From contig CAXXLF010000002.1 of NCBI GenBank assembly GCA_963664015.2, positions 928,001-992,000 of the forward strand: DNA of 64,000 nucleotides, given 5' to 3'. The notes beneath the pieces were generated by a model. It saw only the letters and a program-made list of their open reading frames with translations, did not search any database and was not told where the DNA came from. Below are positions 61,454 to 64,000 of this stretch, in pieces. The DNA is from Candidatus Binatia bacterium (GTDB taxonomy: Bacteria; Desulfobacterota; Binatia; UBA9968; CAXXLF01). A program made the translations under genes and the position numbers. Positions within the stretch are counted from its first letter, which is position 1. Every line of letters begins with the position of its first letter.

Positions 61454-62540
61454 GGGCGGTCTCCCCCAAAGTTTCAACATCAGGAAACGCTTCAGGTTCC
61501 CCCTCCTGCTGTCTCGTCTCGTCAAGGAAGCGTCGTGCCGCCGCGACCGATTCATCCGTATCCTGTTCGGAAGGAACGAAGTTGGCAAATTTGACAAGGT
61601 CGGCCCGGTGCAAAAAATCTCGCAGCATTGCCTGGTGTTCCCCGGACAGATCTGGCGACCGGCTCATGGACTCGAGAAACTCCTCCGTAGTAAGCTCCGG
61701 CGCGCGCAGGTCAAATCGGTTCTCCAGATACCACCGGACAATGGCCGAGAGCTCGACGAAGAAGGTATCGATCTCGGCCTGCTCTTTCCGGGGGCGACTC
61801 AGGAGTTCCATAAGACGACCCATGGCCACCTCATAGGCGGTGCGCCGCCGGGCCTGTTGCTTGGACAGCCACCAGACACGTAAGCCCCAGAACGTCCCGA
61901 ACGCCACCAACAGCCCGCCCACAACCCAGGCCCAAAGGCTGATCCGCGACAGCGCGCGCCGCTTCAATTTGCCGAGCGGCGGGTTCAGTTCCTGCCCAGT
62001 CTCAGCCGGTAGAACCGACTGGACTTCAAAGGGAAGCCGCTCAGTCAAAAGCTCGTACGAGTCTAGTCCCTCGGGAGCCGGTTGCGCACCGTTACGACGA
62101 TCGACAAACTCAATCACGATGGGCGGGATGCTTTGTTTTCCGGACCGGGGCGCCTGCAGTTCATACCGTTGTGTCGCCACCGTGCGCCCCTTATCGTCAA
62201 CCCTCTCGTTACTCACAAAATCCACTATGGTAAGCCGTTCCATGACTTGACCGAATGTGGGCATGATCAGCTCGACCTTTTCTTCGGCCACCACACTCAA
62301 CGTGAGGTGAACCGGATCACCAACTCGCGGCTGCTCTGGCTCCAATTGGACTGTAGCCTCGACGGGTCCCTTACGCACAGTCTTTTTTAGAGCGTCATCG
62401 GACCAAGCGGAACCACCGGGATTACCCCATAGGGCGACGAAGAAGAAGGCAAAAACCCATAGCTGGACACAATATCGATTTTCTCGCCATGGTTTGACCG
62501 TTCCCTGCCAAGCGAGTCCAATTCGGAACTTTCGTTTCAT
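61446..62540 (-). CDS. Bat-operon-associated membrane protein
   Basis: YLE.RF..APELTTEEFL, ADLVKFA. Confidence 0.78.
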   Translation of the reverse strand: MKRKFRIGLAWQGTVKPWRENRYCVQLWVFAFFFVALWGNPGGSAWSDDALKKTVRKGPVEATVQLEPEQPRVGDPVHLTLSVVAEEKVELIMPTFGQVMERLTIVDFVSNERVDDKGRTVATQRYELQAPRSGKQSIPPIVIEFVDRRNGAQPAPEGLDSYELLTERLPFEVQSVLPAETGQELNPPLGKLKRRALSRISLWAWVVGGLLVAFGTFWGLRVWWLSKQQARRRTAYEVAMGRLMELLSRPRKEQAEIDTFFVELSAIVRWYLENRFDLRAPELTTEEFLESMSRSPDLSGEHQAMLRDFLHRADLVKFANFVPSEQDTDESVAAARRFLDETRQQEGEPEAFPDVETLGETARV

Positions 62541-63496
62541 CGTCGCATTCTGCGCTCACGTTGCCGGAAAAATCTAATCAGCGGGTCGACCACTGAAGCT
62601 GACGAATCGATAGTGACGAAATCGATACCGCTGCTTTGAAAGATCTTTCCCAATTCAACGGTCCGCTGGCGCGCCGTGCGCTCGAAGACACTACGAAACG
62701 CAGTAGAGCCCGTATCATAGAGTCCGGACAAGCCCGTCTCGGGATCCGTCAAAGTCACAAGTCCAACATTGGGGATCACCCGTTCTCTCGGATCCGTCAC
62801 ATGTACGGCGATCACATCATGTTTCCGATTAGCCGACCGCATGGCCCGTTCATAGCCCTCGTCAAAGAAATCACTGACAACGAAACAAACGGTTTTCCTT
62901 TTAGCGCTTCGGAGTAAAAACTCCATAGCACCAGCAATATGAGTTCCCCGCGGCTTCGGCGGCCGCGACAGCCATTGGGACCACCGCGAAAGGCGACCCA
63001 AACTCGACCCACCGTTGACGGACCCGAATCCGTCCTGTCCGTGGGCCAGGATCTCCCGGATTACCCGCAATACATGCTTTTGGCCCCTGCGTGGCGGAAT
63101 AAACTGTTCGACTCCCGAATGAAAGAGCGTCAAACCGACCTTGTCATCGTTGCGGATAGCGGAAAAGGCCAGTAGCGCCCCCAGCTCAGCCGTGGCTTCC
63201 CGTTTCGAACGATGGGCGGACCCGAAGTTCTGGGAGGCCGAGATATCGATCATCAACATGATGGTGAGTTGGCGCTCCTCCACGTAGCGTTTCACATAGG
63301 GAACACCCGTTCGGGCCGTCACGTTCCAATCGATGGAGCGGACATCGTCGCCCGGTACATAGGGACGGACCTCGTCGAACTCGACGCCGGCCCCCTTGAA
63401 TACGGATACGTACTCGCCGGCCAGGACGTCTGCGACCTGGCGGCCGGTACGTATCTGTATCTGACGTACCCGCTGGATAATTTCGCGAGGCAGCAT
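62537..63496 (-). CDS. DUF58 family protein
   Basis: G.EF.EVRPY.PGDDVRSIDWNVTAR, SDF. Confidence 0.92.
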   Translation of the reverse strand: MLPREIIQRVRQIQIRTGRQVADVLAGEYVSVFKGAGVEFDEVRPYVPGDDVRSIDWNVTARTGVPYVKRYVEERQLTIMLMIDISASQNFGSAHRSKREATAELGALLAFSAIRNDDKVGLTLFHSGVEQFIPPRRGQKHVLRVIREILAHGQDGFGSVNGGSSLGRLSRWSQWLSRPPKPRGTHIAGAMEFLLRSAKRKTVCFVVSDFFDEGYERAMRSANRKHDVIAVHVTDPRERVIPNVGLVTLTDPETGLSGLYDTGSTAFRSVFERTARQRTVELGKIFQSSGIDFVTIDSSASVVDPLIRFFRQRERRMRR

Positions 63497-63500
63497 AAGT

Positions 63501-64000
63501 TCAAGGCACCAAAACGGTGTCCAACACCATTTTGATGATATCGTCGGAACTTTTACCTTCTGCTTCCGCCTCGTAAGAAAGTACCACACGGTGGCGTAGA
63601 ACGTCCGGCGCCATGGTCTTGACATCGTGGGGCGTGACGTAATTGCGGCCCTGGAGAAGGGCATGGGCTTTGGCGGCCTTCATGAGGTTGATGGATCCAC
63701 GGGGACTGGCGCCGACTTCCACCAATCCCTGCAGACCGTCGATCTTCTCTGTAGATGAGTTTCGGGTTGCACGAACTAGATCGACGATATAATCACGAAC
63801 CTTATTATCCGTGAATACCGCATCGACGACACCCCGCATCTCCAATATCTGCTCGGGCTTGGCAACCTTTCTAACTCCCTCAACGAACCTTCCACCAGCC
63901 ATCCGATCCACGATTTTCCGCTCTTCATCACGGCTGGGATAGTCCACCTTGAGCTTGAGCATAAAGCGATCCAACTGGGCTTCGGGCAAAGGGTAGGTCC
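63501..64000 (-). CDS. moxR: MoxR family AAA ATPase (partial, runs off window)
   Basis: [20 protein letters not shown]. Confidence 0.92.
   Translation of the reverse strand, partial: TYPLPEAQLDRFMLKLKVDYPSRDEERKIVDRMAGGRFVEGVRKVAKPEQILEMRGVVDAVFTDNKVRDYIVDLVRATRNSSTEKIDGLQGLVEVGASPRGSINLMKAAKAHALLQGRNYVTPHDVKTMAPDVLRHRVVLSYEAEAEGKSSDDIIKMVLDTVLVP

Overview
Mostly GC-rich chromosomal backbone of a Deltaproteobacteria/Binatota-like bacterium (lineage inferred from gene content, not established). It carries housekeeping runs (glmU-glmS; tilS-ftsH-folP-glmM-pdxJ-nnr-tsaE-lysC-cimA-cysE-mnmA-mtaB-rnc-purM-purN; aas-bioB-rpoZ), a MoxR/Bat (VWA) operon, cstA, and a flavin monooxygenase/hydrolase cluster. 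The main feature is a visibly AT-richer island of about 7.8 kb (about 2965-10753) inserted in the last codons of glmS. Its far end carries a cryptic second glmS C-terminus reading DQPRNLA-VLL-TVE* (glmS: DQPRNLA-KSV-TVE*). The copy differs at synonymous positions, shares a candidate 2-bp AC crossover, and an 11-bp direct repeat lies inside each island end. No Tn7 genes and no intact integrase are present. Instead the island has two copies (one truncated) of a small stand-alone recombinase-DNA-binding-domain gene, a resolvase remnant, and an inverted duplicated module feeding one lipoprotein leader into different MORN/Sel1 repeat cargoes. It also has a twice-repeated promoter-operator-hairpin cassette ahead of small phage-like ORFs. 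No tRNA, rRNA or CRISPR array was seen. All product calls come from motif recognition, not database searches.
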